Positions 1 to 10,346 of a stretch of 64,000 nucleotides of DNA are shown here, piece by piece (the first letter of the stretch is position 1; the number at the start of each line of letters is the position of its first letter). The stretch spans positions 160,001 to 224,000 of the forward strand of contig CAWIMJ010000012.1 in NCBI GenBank assembly GCA_963837175.1, given 5' to 3'. A program made the position numbers and the translations under genes. Origin of the DNA: an uncultured Nitrososphaeraceae archaeon (GTDB lineage: Archaea; Thermoproteota; Nitrososphaeria; Nitrososphaerales; Nitrososphaeraceae). The notes below the pieces were generated by a model. The model searched no databases. It was not told where the DNA came from and saw nothing but the letters and a program-made list of their open reading frames with translations.

Positions 1-506
1 CAATTTCTGACGTACTGAATATGACAGTCGACGAAGCATTAGAATTCTTTGAAAATATCTCAATTATTGAAAAGAAGCTTCAAACTCTGAAGGATGTAGG
101 ACTTGGATACATACGTCTTGGCCAACCTGCCACTACATTGTCTGGCGGTGAAGCACAGAGAATTAAACTTGCTTCAGAGCTCTCAAAAAGAGATACGGGT
201 AAAACAGTATACATTCTCGATGAACCTACGACAGGACTTCATTTCGCAGATGTTAGCAAATTATTGCATGTTCTAAAAAGACTAGAAGATCTTGGTAATA
301 CTATAATAGTTATTGAACATAATCTAGATGTAATCATAAGCGCCGATTGGATTATAGACCTTGGCCCAGAAGGCGGAGAAGGCGGCGGCAAGGTAGTGGT
401 TACGGGAACACCCCATGAGGTTGCAGAAAATAAGGATAGCCATACTGGGAAATATCTAAAACCTAAGTTAGCAATTGATCAAATCATCCAGAGGAGTGCA
501 AGATAA
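1..506 (+). CDS. uvrA: Excinuclease ABC subunit A (3' end; gene starts upstream of window)
   Basis: [37 protein letters not shown] and DLGPEGG motifs of the UvrA C-terminal ABC domain; adjacent to uvrC. Confidence 0.97.
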   Translation, partial: ISDVLNMTVDEALEFFENISIIEKKLQTLKDVGLGYIRLGQPATTLSGGEAQRIKLASELSKRDTGKTVYILDEPTTGLHFADVSKLLHVLKRLEDLGNTIIVIEHNLDVIISADWIIDLGPEGGEGGGKVVVTGTPHEVAENKDSHTGKYLKPKLAIDQIIQRSAR

Positions 507-2179
507 TGGTGGTGGTAGCGTCGTCATCTTCATCTACAGTAGATATATCATCCATTACAAAAAAGCAAATCCCTCACGATCCTGGCGTGTATCTAATGAA
601 AGATAAAGAAGGAAAAATAATTTATATTGGAAAGGCAAAAAATATACGTAGACGTCTTAATTCTTATTTTTCTTTTTCAAAAAATAATAATAGCTGGAAA
701 ACATCTCGCCTTATAAATAAGATTGCAAATATCGAATTTGTATTAACTGATAATGAGATCGAAGCATTCTTACTGGAATCTAATTTGATTAAAAGATTTA
801 GACCGCTATTCAATATTGAACTAAAAGATCAGCAGCGCTATACATACCTGAAAATTACTGATGAAATTTTCCCCCGCCTGCTTGTAGCAAGACGCAATAG
901 AAATGGAGAATTTTATGGACCAAAGGGCAAAATATATGGTCCTTTTGTTAGAGGTAGTTCAAAATTTCTTACTGTAGGCCTTTTAAGAAAATTATTCAAG
1001 ATTCGAATCTGCGATAAACTGCCAAAGAAACCATGTTTAGAATATTTCATTAAGAATTGTGACGCACCTTGCATCAACAATATGGCTAGAACAGAGTATA
1101 TGGGAAATGTTCTTGCATTACAGAAAATATTAGAAGGAAAAAGTAGTATTGATAATTTTATAAATGAAATGGAACATGACATGAATCAAGCATCAGAGCT
1201 TAAACAGTATGAAAAGGCAATTGAAATTCGTGATACTCTCCATAGATTGAACAATTTACGTGTAAAACAGAAAATGGAAAAAGCGGTAAATGGTAATGTC
1301 GATGAAGAATATGTTGGAATAGTTAGAGAGGAGGAAAAAGGTATTGCAAATGTAATGACTTTATTGAGAACTCGTGGTGTTATCAGTGATCGTAAAAGAT
1401 TTCAATTTGAATTAGTTGGTGATAATTCCCTTTCTACCTTCCTATCACAGTATTATTCAACCGTTCCAATAATTCCAAGATATATATACGTTAATGAAGA
1501 GCCGGAATCAAAGGATTCTATAGAAGAATTATTGGAAAAACTCTCTGAGCATAAGGTGAGTATTATTCAGATTTCTCCTAACTTTCCAATGAAAGAGAAA
1601 AGGCAGTTAATGGAACTAGTTTTACGCAATATTAATCTTTACGCTGGAAATGATCATGATCCCTCTATAGTAGAACTAAAAAAGATTCTTCAATTGCCTA
1701 CTATGCCATCTGTAATAGATTGTTTTGATATATCAAATTTCGGAACTACATTTGCTGTTGGATCCGCTACAAGATTCATTAACGGTCATCCAAATAAAGC
1801 TGGTTACAGAAAATTCAGAATTAAGACAAAGCTATTTAGCCAAAATGACTTTGCAATGATTGAAGAAATTGTAACGCGTAGATACTTGCATTATGAAAAA
1901 AATAATGACAAACATCAAATGCCCGATTTAATAGTAATTGACGGAGGAAAAGGACAGTTAAATTCTGCAATTAACGGTCTTCATAAACTAGGAATAGATA
2001 TTCCATGCATATCCCTTGCAAAAGAAAATGAAGAAATCCATACACCTTATTCATCTGAGCCCATAATTCTTCCAAGGAACAGCTCTGCACTTAAGATGCT
2101 TCAGCATATTAGGAACGAAGCTCACAGATTTGGTTTAGCATATAATGTTAACCTGAGAAAAATCAGTTCTAGTAATTAA
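506..2179 (+). CDS. uvrC: Excinuclease ABC subunit C
   Basis: GIY-YIG domain (PGVYLM..IYIGKAKN), Cys cluster, RNase H-like domain (CFDISN, DGGKGQ, RNEAHRF); no C-terminal HhH visible. Confidence 0.96.
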   Translation: MVVVASSSSSTVDISSITKKQIPHDPGVYLMKDKEGKIIYIGKAKNIRRRLNSYFSFSKNNNSWKTSRLINKIANIEFVLTDNEIEAFLLESNLIKRFRPLFNIELKDQQRYTYLKITDEIFPRLLVARRNRNGEFYGPKGKIYGPFVRGSSKFLTVGLLRKLFKIRICDKLPKKPCLEYFIKNCDAPCINNMARTEYMGNVLALQKILEGKSSIDNFINEMEHDMNQASELKQYEKAIEIRDTLHRLNNLRVKQKMEKAVNGNVDEEYVGIVREEEKGIANVMTLLRTRGVISDRKRFQFELVGDNSLSTFLSQYYSTVPIIPRYIYVNEEPESKDSIEELLEKLSEHKVSIIQISPNFPMKEKRQLMELVLRNINLYAGNDHDPSIVELKKILQLPTMPSVIDCFDISNFGTTFAVGSATRFINGHPNKAGYRKFRIKTKLFSQNDFAMIEEIVTRRYLHYEKNNDKHQMPDLIVIDGGKGQLNSAINGLHKLGIDIPCISLAKENEEIHTPYSSEPIILPRNSSALKMLQHIRNEAHRFGLAYNVNLRKISSSN

Positions 2180-2719
2180 GCTCTTTGGTAGTATGTTATA
2201 TGCTGTAGCATTACAACATTAATCGAATCTTTTGAATACTCACTAGGAATTTTCTACAGAATAAAAAACTATGAACTATCCAAAAATTATTAGAAGATAA
2301 TTAGAAATATTCTACAGGGTGTCTTACACTACATCTCAAATTCCAAAATGGAATCTGAAAGCAGATTAGACTGAAGCATATAACTGTATATCACTGTACA
2401 TGTAATGTAATTTTAATGTCTTAAACATACGGCTTTTGCAGAGCTTTAGTATATAGTATCATATACAATCAGGAAATTATCGAGATATCAAATTAGATAA
2501 TTTGGACATCGCTTCTGCATATTTCTCAGCAAAGATTTTGAAGTGCCTCAGATCGTTGTGGAATTGCTCTATCATCAAAGAAAAAAAGCTGCTTTTCATT
2601 TGGGTTCTATTAGAATATTGTCTAATGTATGAAATACAGTTACTACATTAACTATATCAATACTAATATACCATAATTTTCTCTGAATATTACTGCAGTA
2701 GTAACTTTGTAGTAACCTT

Positions 2720-2920
2720 CATCTAGATCTCTCCTAAAGATACAATGACATATTGATTTACAATTACATCCTCGAAAGTAATCTCATTGATGTTTCCATC
2801 CTCTTATTCCTCGGTTTTTTATTATGTTCACAATCCTTCTGTTGATTTTATCAACTGAATAGCCTTTTGACCTTCAAAATTTTCTAAAGGTATTTGTATT
2901 TTTAGAGGATTACAATAATG
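2720..2920 (-). pseudogene. Possible decayed P-type ATPase fragment (actuator domain)
   Basis: Manual minus-strand translation gives IR/DGNINEITFEDVIVNQYVIVSLGEI*, resembling RDG..EI..E.l..GD.V.v..GE; many stops. Confidence 0.3.
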
Positions 2921-3120
2921 CTTCTGAATATATTGCTAACCAATCCTAAATACTGAAAATGCATATGCTTACTTTTCACTAATACTGAGTGATTCTGATG
3001 TTAAAGCAAATTATACCCAGATTGAGACATATGCACAAATATAACTCTATAAAACAAATGCCATCTTAGCATACGTAATAAGATACGTTGATATAAAATA
3101 TATTATATAAATGGTTGATT

Positions 3121-3258
3121 ATGAACAACTGTAATCATTGGGCATGCAATATGTCTAATAATCGATGCGTAGGTTGTGGTAGTACCGTATGTCCATTATG
3201 TTTACAAGAACCTGAGAATTGCAAGTGTGAAGACAGGAAAGACTGTTGTATAAATTAA
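3121..3258 (+). CDS. 45-aa Cys-rich small protein (metallothionein/Zn-finger-like), below ORF-track cutoff
   Basis: MNNCNHWACNMSNNRCVGCGSTVCPLCLQEPENCKCEDRKDCCIN (10 Cys); TATAAAA at 3092-3098. Confidence 0.55.
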   Translation: MNNCNHWACNMSNNRCVGCGSTVCPLCLQEPENCKCEDRKDCCIN

Positions 3259-3629
3259 TATTTTAATAGCACATAATAAAGCTATTAAAAAATAATTCTA
3301 AGTAATGTCAGAGTTTTCAAAGTGTATGTTTGTTGTCTCACTCTCATATGATTGTAGAGTATATTTCCTTGACCTGAATACAAAAGGTGTAATATGCAAG
3401 AAGCCTTCTAAAGGTATCGAAAACCTTCAATTATATAAAGTGGTGACCTGGTTATAGAAATACTCTAAACAGTAAATAGAATATGTATAATAAATATAAG
3501 CCACTATAATATGCTCATCAATCTGATATATAGACATCTTATTTTTATTTTATGCCTCCTACTTCATGAAATCATTTACGGAATTCCACGTATTTTTTCC
3601 ATACAAAAAGTCATTGACTAAGGAAATTT

Positions 3630-3896
3630 CCACACAGTTGATCCACACAGTTGATCCACACAGTTGATCCACACAGTTGATCCACACAGTTGATCCACAC
3701 AGTTGATCCACACAGTTGATCCACACAGTTGATCCACACAGTTGATCCACACAGTTGATCCACACAGTTGATCCACACAGTTGATCCACACAGTTGATCC
3801 ACACAGTTGATCCACACAGTTGATCCACACAGTTGATCCACACAGTTGATCCACACAGTTGATCCACACAGTTGATCCACACAGTTGATCCACACA
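3630..3896. repeat. Perfect tandem repeat (CCACACAGTTGAT) x20.5
   Basis: 20 identical 13-bp units from 3630 plus a partial CCACACA; no spacers. Confidence 0.99.
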
Positions 3897-4254
3897 TATA
3901 GTAGAATGTGGAAAGTTGGTAGACCCTATCTTATATCTAGTCTACTATATATAGAGCTAATTATACATATTTTCTACACAAAACACAAACTGGATAAACA
4001 AAGAAGAAACTAAAGGTATTATCAACAAAACTATCGATAGAATATTGTAATGCCTTTTCATGCTGCTAGCCATGCTTGAATATCAAGCTAGATTGATTAA
4101 AGAAGAAAGTACATCATAATTACTTAGGTTTACAATACATTATATGTTATTTCAAATTTGTAAAAATCCAATATATCTTCTACTCTGATAAGACTAACAA
4201 CAGAAACCTCAATACGATCATCATCAGCAACAGATTCATCATTTACACTAGAAT

Positions 4255-4532
4255 ACACCGACGCAGCAATGAAAAAGATAGATAAATGAATATGAATTCA
4301 TCACTAGTTATTGATAGACAGATGATAAACCTATAGAATAGTAACAGAGCGCTATTTGCTTAAAATGTTATAGGTGTTTGATTAAAGAAGAGGAGCAAAC
4401 TGTCATAATTTATCACATATGTCTTCTCATATTGTTACTATTGATGGTATTTCATCTATTGAAGCAGCTGACGATATAATGATTCGAAATAAAGTGCGGC
4501 ATTTACTTGTTGTCAGTAAGAAGAGATATTAA
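4255..4532 (+). pseudogene. CBS-domain protein remnant
   Basis: Broken frames give DDKPI/IVTERYLL and MSSHIVTIDGISSIEAADDIMIRNKVRHLLVV. Confidence 0.7.
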
Positions 4533-4686
4533 TGAATAAAATGAATGATGAATGAATGCAAATTAACCTGAAATCTTTCTGTGATGAGAAACTAATGATC
4601 ATGACTAACCTTTATTTTTCCCATAGAAATAATAGTCAATTTTTTATAATTCACTTTATGTTTCCTCCACCTTAATTAATTACTTC

Positions 4687-5220
4687 TTAGTTACCATTAG
4701 TAGTAGCATTACTGACAACAGGTTGGGAGTACATATTCGTAATAGTACATTTCTTAGTTTCAGATGACATCATACCACCAGAACAATCATCTGACCAACT
4801 TGTGTTATAACCTGCAGGTCCTGTTTCAGTAACGCTATACATTCCCATATATAATTTTACAGGGGTACCGGATGAATTACCTGGGAAAGAATTAGGTGAG
4901 GGATCATTACCGTGGATAGTAATTGTAAAATCAGATGGCTTCTTGTCACCTCCGCCTTCATTAATGACTTTTTTGGTTACTATCACTATTCCTTGTACTT
5001 GATTGTTTGGCGGTAAAGATGATGTTGTATTTTCAGCAGATATTTTAATAATATCATTTTGCTTTTCTCCTACCGCTCTTTCTACATTGAATAGAAATAA
5101 TAGATTATCCTTAAATTTTGCATATATAGATGAACTGAAAAAAGCAGCTGCCATCAGAGAAATAGCCAAAATTAAGGTTAATATCGAAGTGGTAGCAGCA
5201 AGTTTCACAAACGACATCAC
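4687..5220 (-). CDS. Exported protein with a beta-sandwich (prealbumin/Ig-like) surface domain
   Basis: N-terminal hydrophobic signal; VTKKVIN..PSDFTITI..YSVTE..DCSG..CTITN module. Confidence 0.7.
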   Translation of the reverse strand: MMSFVKLAATTSILTLILAISLMAAAFFSSSIYAKFKDNLLFLFNVERAVGEKQNDIIKISAENTTSSLPPNNQVQGIVIVTKKVINEGGGDKKPSDFTITIHGNDPSPNSFPGNSSGTPVKLYMGMYSVTETGPAGYNTSWSDDCSGGMMSSETKKCTITNMYSQPVVSNATTNGN

Positions 5221-5542
5221 TTTTATAGATCTTACAAGCTATTTTTGTCTTTATATTATAGATAGGAAAAATACATAATTATTGAAGTTTTGTTACTCAA
5301 AATTACTAATGAAATAAGGTTGTTATTAAATTATGAATATTTCTTATATGTTTTGAACTGAACCGATATATTTATTTTTATGAATAATAATTGTTAAGAA
5401 ATAATTCTTTAGTTTATAATAAGCCTTTTCTTACAAATAATATGCGATCAACAATTTTGTAAGATTTTTTAGAATTATATACAAGACTTTGATACGGCTA
5501 ACTTTAAAAAAAACTTAAATCTTTCTTTGGTAAGGTAGCTAT

Positions 5543-7198
5543 GTGAACCAAGAATTAGGCCACGCTTCTACCACCCTATTATTTATAGGAGGACTGGCTG
5601 CTGGGGCTATAGCTATCGCAGTGTCCTTACTTCTAAGGTTATTTTTTGGTAGCCCATTCATCCCTGAAGTTGCATCTCAAACTTTATTCTCACTTACTCC
5701 TGGAGAAATTGAATCACAAGCTGTGGAAACATTTGGCACACTCGCTAAATATTCTGCGTTTATCGGTGCCATTATTGTTAATCTTATATTGTATGGTGTG
5801 ATTGGTGTATTTCTAGGTAGATTGCGTAACAAGCTTCATTGGAAGGGATACGTAGGAAATGCCTTACAGTCTTTCCTAGTTAGTTACATTATTTTGCTTG
5901 TCGTGACTATCTTGCTCTTGACTCTAACCGAGGGTCAGACGAATCTGACATCAATTCCATTCTTAGTCATTTACCTTATTCCACCTCATGTTGCTTTCGG
6001 ATTCACTTTATCCTCATTCTACGAAAGAATAGTAATTGCACGCCCATCGTCAACTGTCAATACCAAAGAAAAAGTGTCTGATCACAAGACAGAGATAGAC
6101 TATAAGAAAAGAATATTACTTCGTGCGGGTATTGCATCAGCAGTTGCGTTACCCATTCTCTATTTTGGATTAGATAATATTTTATCTCCTAGACAAGCAG
6201 TACAACAACAATCTCCTTCATTATTACTATCACAACTACAAAAATCAAAGTCCAAACCAGTAGGTTTCGAGGATTCAAGACTCTCTCCACTTCTTGAATC
6301 TGAAATAACACCAACTGATTTATTCTACAGAATAGATAAAAATGCCATAGTACCTGTGGTTAATGCACAAGCTTGGAAACTAACTTTGAAAGGGCTAGTA
6401 GACAAGCCTTTGGAAATTAATTACAAAGAGCTAAAAGATATGCCTTCAATAGAGCAGTTTGCTACCCTCGAATGCGTAAGCAATAAAACAGGAGGTGATT
6501 TGATCAGTACTGCAGTATGGAAGGGAGTACGCTTGAAAGACGTTCTTGGGAAGGCACAAGTCAAGCCAAGCGCCAAATATATCGTATTTAGATGCTCCGA
6601 TGGCTACGATGTTGGAATACCTTTGGATATAGGTCTTTCAGATGGCACCATATTGGCTTATGATATGAATGGTGCTGCTCTGACTTCTGAACATGGATAT
6701 CCTGTCAGGGCAATAGTCCCTGGTATATATGGAATGATGAATGCGAAGTGGCTAACTGAAATAGAGCTAGTCGACAATGTTTATGAAGGCTATTGGCAGA
6801 GGAAGGGTTGGACTAATAACGCTAAATACAATACTCATTCATTCATAGTTATTCCCGATAATACACTTATCAGAAAAAGATTTAGAAATCTAGAACCCTC
6901 TTCAAACAAGACTCTGAATGGAAGAGTGCCAGTTGCAGGTGTAGCCTTTGCAGGAGATAGGGGAATATCAAAAGTTGAGGTGAGCACAGATGATGGTACT
7001 AATTGGAAAGATGCCCGAATCAAAGACCCGCTATCACAATATACATGGGTTCTATGGACCGCTGAATTGGATTTGATTGATAAAGGTAATCACAAAGTCA
7101 TGGTCAGAGCCACTGACAAGACTGGAAAAGTTCAGACACCTGAGTTACACAATCCATTTCCAAATGGAGCAACAGGCTACCATATAGTCGATATATAA
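5543..7198 (+). CDS. Membrane-bound sulfite oxidase-family molybdoenzyme
   Basis: 4 N-terminal TM helices plus a 5th after KKRILLR; Moco domain (TLECVSN with Cys ligand, WKGVRL, HGYPVR, MMNAKW); C-terminal dimerisation domain (GISKVEVS, WVLW, VRATD). Confidence 0.92.
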   Translation: MNQELGHASTTLLFIGGLAAGAIAIAVSLLLRLFFGSPFIPEVASQTLFSLTPGEIESQAVETFGTLAKYSAFIGAIIVNLILYGVIGVFLGRLRNKLHWKGYVGNALQSFLVSYIILLVVTILLLTLTEGQTNLTSIPFLVIYLIPPHVAFGFTLSSFYERIVIARPSSTVNTKEKVSDHKTEIDYKKRILLRAGIASAVALPILYFGLDNILSPRQAVQQQSPSLLLSQLQKSKSKPVGFEDSRLSPLLESEITPTDLFYRIDKNAIVPVVNAQAWKLTLKGLVDKPLEINYKELKDMPSIEQFATLECVSNKTGGDLISTAVWKGVRLKDVLGKAQVKPSAKYIVFRCSDGYDVGIPLDIGLSDGTILAYDMNGAALTSEHGYPVRAIVPGIYGMMNAKWLTEIELVDNVYEGYWQRKGWTNNAKYNTHSFIVIPDNTLIRKRFRNLEPSSNKTLNGRVPVAGVAFAGDRGISKVEVSTDDGTNWKDARIKDPLSQYTWVLWTAELDLIDKGNHKVMVRATDKTGKVQTPELHNPFPNGATGYHIVDI

Positions 7199-7693
7199 TA
7201 AAGGCTCGGTCATAGTTCAATACTTTAGACAAAGATATTCTAGTCTGTTCAGTATTTTGTTGATAATGCCAAATTCTAAAATTAATAGATAGTTTCACTT
7301 CAATATATAATATTGAACATAGGCTGGAATAGAAAGAAGAATAGATCATTTGATAAAGCACTATACAATCAGGCTTTCAGTATTAAATTAGTATCTTAAA
7401 TATAAGCCGAATTTCTACGGGAGATATTAATATTCCAGCTGCAGCTGCTGCGTTCTGTTTTGAAGGTGTTAAACCTGATAGTAAAAAGTAATGATGTATG
7501 AAAGAAGTAGCAGCTATATTGATTCCCCTAATGTTTCTCATATGCATTGGTCGATACTACCACATCCCAGAACCTATTAAATGCGCGGGATCGGGCAGTA
7601 AAAGACATATAGATTCTCCCGCCTTCAATGCATGTTAGAGTATAAAAAGATCTACTATGAAAAAATAATGTAGCACTTAAAAATATTAACTCA

Positions 7694-8629
7694 TTAATGA
7701 CCATGTCCTTTCAACATATTAAACATATGCAGCATTCCCGGAAAGAGTGAATCTAGAGATTCCGAAACTGCTTTAACACTCCCAGGAAGGTTTATTATTA
7801 TTGTATTTCCTCTAACTCCAGCTATTCCTCTTGAAAGCATAGATAAAGGCGTTCTTCTTTGTCCATGAGCTCTAAGTGTTTCGGCCACTCCAATCAGCTC
7901 TTTTTCTATGACCTTCATAGTTGCCTCTGGAGTTACATCGCGATGACTAATGCCAGTACCTCCACTTGTTACTATAAGATCAACTTTCAATTCATTGCAA
8001 AGTCTACTAAGACTGGATTCGATGAGATCTACATCATCTGGTATCACCGTGTGCTCCACAATCTCAAGTCCATTCTTAATGAGCCTGTCAATAACAATCT
8101 TGCCTGATCTGTCAACCCGCTCTCCTCTGGATACAGAATCACTAATAACCAATACTGCAGATCTAAGTTTTTTATCAAATCTCTCGTAGAAATCTTTGAT
8201 ACCGCCACTCTTATTTAGAAGTCTAACAGATTCTATTATTAAGGAATTATCCACAGGCTTTAACATGTCATATATTGTCAATGCAGCTATCGAGACAGCA
8301 GTCAAGGATTCCATCTCGACACCAGTCTTCCAGATACTTTTTATTTCTGCGATAATTTCAATAGACTCCTCTTTTAATAACACATCGACTTTAATATGAT
8401 CTATAGGAATAGGATGACAGTAGGGTATTAATTCCCAGGTTCGTTTCGCTGCCATCGTTGCAGAAATCCTTGCAGCATCAACAATGTTACCTTTCGGTGA
8501 TTTTCCTTCCTTGACAAGGGTCATCGTTGCAGAATCTAGTCTTATCACCGCTTGAGCTGTTGCTAACCGCAAAGTATCTGGCTTATTACTTACGTCAAAC
8601 ATGCCTTGTCCTTCAATTTCTTCAGTCAT
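7694..8629 (-). CDS. moaCB: Bifunctional MoaC-MoaB/MogA fusion
   Basis: MFDVSNK, LIPYCHP, TGVEME, TIYDMLK (MoaC); ISDS, GGTG, DVTPEA, NLPGS (MoaB/MogA). Confidence 0.93.
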   Translation of the reverse strand: MTEEIEGQGMFDVSNKPDTLRLATAQAVIRLDSATMTLVKEGKSPKGNIVDAARISATMAAKRTWELIPYCHPIPIDHIKVDVLLKEESIEIIAEIKSIWKTGVEMESLTAVSIAALTIYDMLKPVDNSLIIESVRLLNKSGGIKDFYERFDKKLRSAVLVISDSVSRGERVDRSGKIVIDRLIKNGLEIVEHTVIPDDVDLIESSLSRLCNELKVDLIVTSGGTGISHRDVTPEATMKVIEKELIGVAETLRAHGQRRTPLSMLSRGIAGVRGNTIIINLPGSVKAVSESLDSLFPGMLHMFNMLKGHGH

Positions 8630-9044
8630 GGTTAACTAAGACACCATCTGTCCATAATGTACCTAATTCTGATACTTCCTTCTTCCATATTGGCACTCTG
8701 GATTTAATACTATCAATGCCATACCTACATGCTTCAAAGGCCTCTTTACGATGCTCTGATGACACAGCAACTGCCACGCTTATGTCACTAACCTTTAGAT
8801 TACCTGTTCTATGTATAGCTATGAATTTTTTTACATGCCATCTTTTAATTACTTCATTTTCAATTTCTGCGAGGATTTCTTCTGCCATTTCCTTGTATGC
8901 TTCATAGTAAAGTTCAGAAACCGTGCCTTTGTCATTATGATCTCGTATGCTACCTGTAAATACTGTCGTTGCACCCGCCGATCTGTCCTGGACTTCCATC
9001 AATACTTTGAAAACATCAATCGGACTTTCCGTTATAGAAATCAT
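8622..9044 (-). CDS. moaE: Molybdopterin synthase catalytic subunit
   Basis: GA..FTGSIR, YEAY, HRTG, HRKEAF, PIWKKE motifs. Confidence 0.95.
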   Translation of the reverse strand: MISITESPIDVFKVLMEVQDRSAGATTVFTGSIRDHNDKGTVSELYYEAYKEMAEEILAEIENEVIKRWHVKKFIAIHRTGNLKVSDISVAVAVSSEHRKEAFEACRYGIDSIKSRVPIWKKEVSELGTLWTDGVLVNHD

Positions 9045-9045
9045 T

Positions 9046-9327
9046 TTAACCTCCGCTAATAGGTGGCAAAAGCGCTACTTCATCTAAGTGATTCAAAGCA
9101 GTGGTATCAGTTGCTACTTTATGGTTAACTGCAATGGCAAAATGAACCTTTGATGAGTGTAGTGATGGATACAACTCTAAAATTGCTTTTCTAAGATCAC
9201 GAACTGTTGTCATTTGATCTGTCAATTTTAACCTTATCTTGTCTTTACCTATAATTTCTCTAGATGATGCAAACAATTTTACAGTTATGGCTAGATCTGA
9301 TTCTTTCTTTGTCATGCCTTTATCCAC
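9046..9327 (-). CDS. moaD: Molybdopterin synthase sulfur carrier
   Basis: Ubiquitin-like, ends DEVALLPPISGG; inside moa operon. Confidence 0.92.
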   Translation of the reverse strand: MDKGMTKKESDLAITVKLFASSREIIGKDKIRLKLTDQMTTVRDLRKAILELYPSLHSSKVHFAIAVNHKVATDTTALNHLDEVALLPPISGG

Positions 9328-10318
9328 CTATTCTATGCATGATGTTTAATGCTGGCCTTAATGCGTTGGCCCTTATAATACTTATTACACCTTCAGGTTT
9401 CTTCTTTGTGCATTCGAGAATGTATTTTCTTATATCATCATCGTTAGATTTTCCGCTTCTTAGCAAACTCTTCAAGTCATAACCTGGATCCTCGAATAGA
9501 CAAGTGAGAAACCTACCATCAGAAGTTAGCCTGATCCTATCGCAACGTCCGCAGAATGGTTCTGTCATAGAGGGAATAAATCCTACAGTACCTTTACCAT
9601 CTAAAAAAGAGTAGAGCATTGCCGGATCTGAACCGTTATTATATAGAGGAACAAGCTCCTTTACATTCTTGTTTATTCTTTCGATCATCTCTTTCTTACT
9701 AAAAACAAGATGTGGAGTCCATATACACGTCCCATCTAATGGCATAAACTCGATGAACTTGACAGTGTAACCTGTATCTCTTGCAAATCTTGCAAAATCT
9801 ACGACCTCATCATCATTCCATCCTCTCATAATAACTGTATTTATTTTTACTTTGAGTCCTGCATCATCAGCTGCTTTTATAGAGTTCAAAACTTTGTTAA
9901 TGCCATCTACTCCAGTAATAGCTTTAAACCTATCAGCTCTGAATGTATCTAGACTGATGTTTACACCTTCTAATCTGGCCTTTTTTAGCCGTTTGACCTT
10001 CTCGCGAAGCAAAAGTCCATTTGTTGTCATATTAATTGATTTGATTCCATTTATCCTTGATAATGCGCCAATCAGACTTTCTATTTTATCTCTGACAGTA
10101 GGCTCCCCTCCTGTCACCCTTATCTTTTCTATGCCGAGATGGACAAAGATGGTAGTAAGTCTAACAATCTCTTCATAGCTTAAAACATCAGTCTGTTCAA
10201 ACCATTTGGTATTGTTAGATGGCATACAATATTTGCACCTCATATTACACCTATCAGTAACAGAGATCCTCAATTTTCTTGCAATTCTGCCAAAACCATC
10301 AACTAGTTCATTTTGCAA
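9320..10318 (-). CDS. moaA: GTP 3',8-cyclase
   Basis: CNMRCKYC radical SAM motif, second cluster CGRC..TC, C-terminal IGG. Confidence 0.96.
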   Translation of the reverse strand: MQNELVDGFGRIARKLRISVTDRCNMRCKYCMPSNNTKWFEQTDVLSYEEIVRLTTIFVHLGIEKIRVTGGEPTVRDKIESLIGALSRINGIKSINMTTNGLLLREKVKRLKKARLEGVNISLDTFRADRFKAITGVDGINKVLNSIKAADDAGLKVKINTVIMRGWNDDEVVDFARFARDTGYTVKFIEFMPLDGTCIWTPHLVFSKKEMIERINKNVKELVPLYNNGSDPAMLYSFLDGKGTVGFIPSMTEPFCGRCDRIRLTSDGRFLTCLFEDPGYDLKSLLRSGKSNDDDIRKYILECTKKKPEGVISIIRANALRPALNIMHRIGG

Positions 10319-10346
10319 AGATAGCCACCACTACCATTATATATAT

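Noticed and set aside
3559-3897. Three (CGSTVWINCVDQL)n ORFs; possible CRISPR array
   Set aside because: The ORFs arise because the 13-bp unit has no minus-strand stop; there are no spacers and no cas genes, so it is not CRISPR
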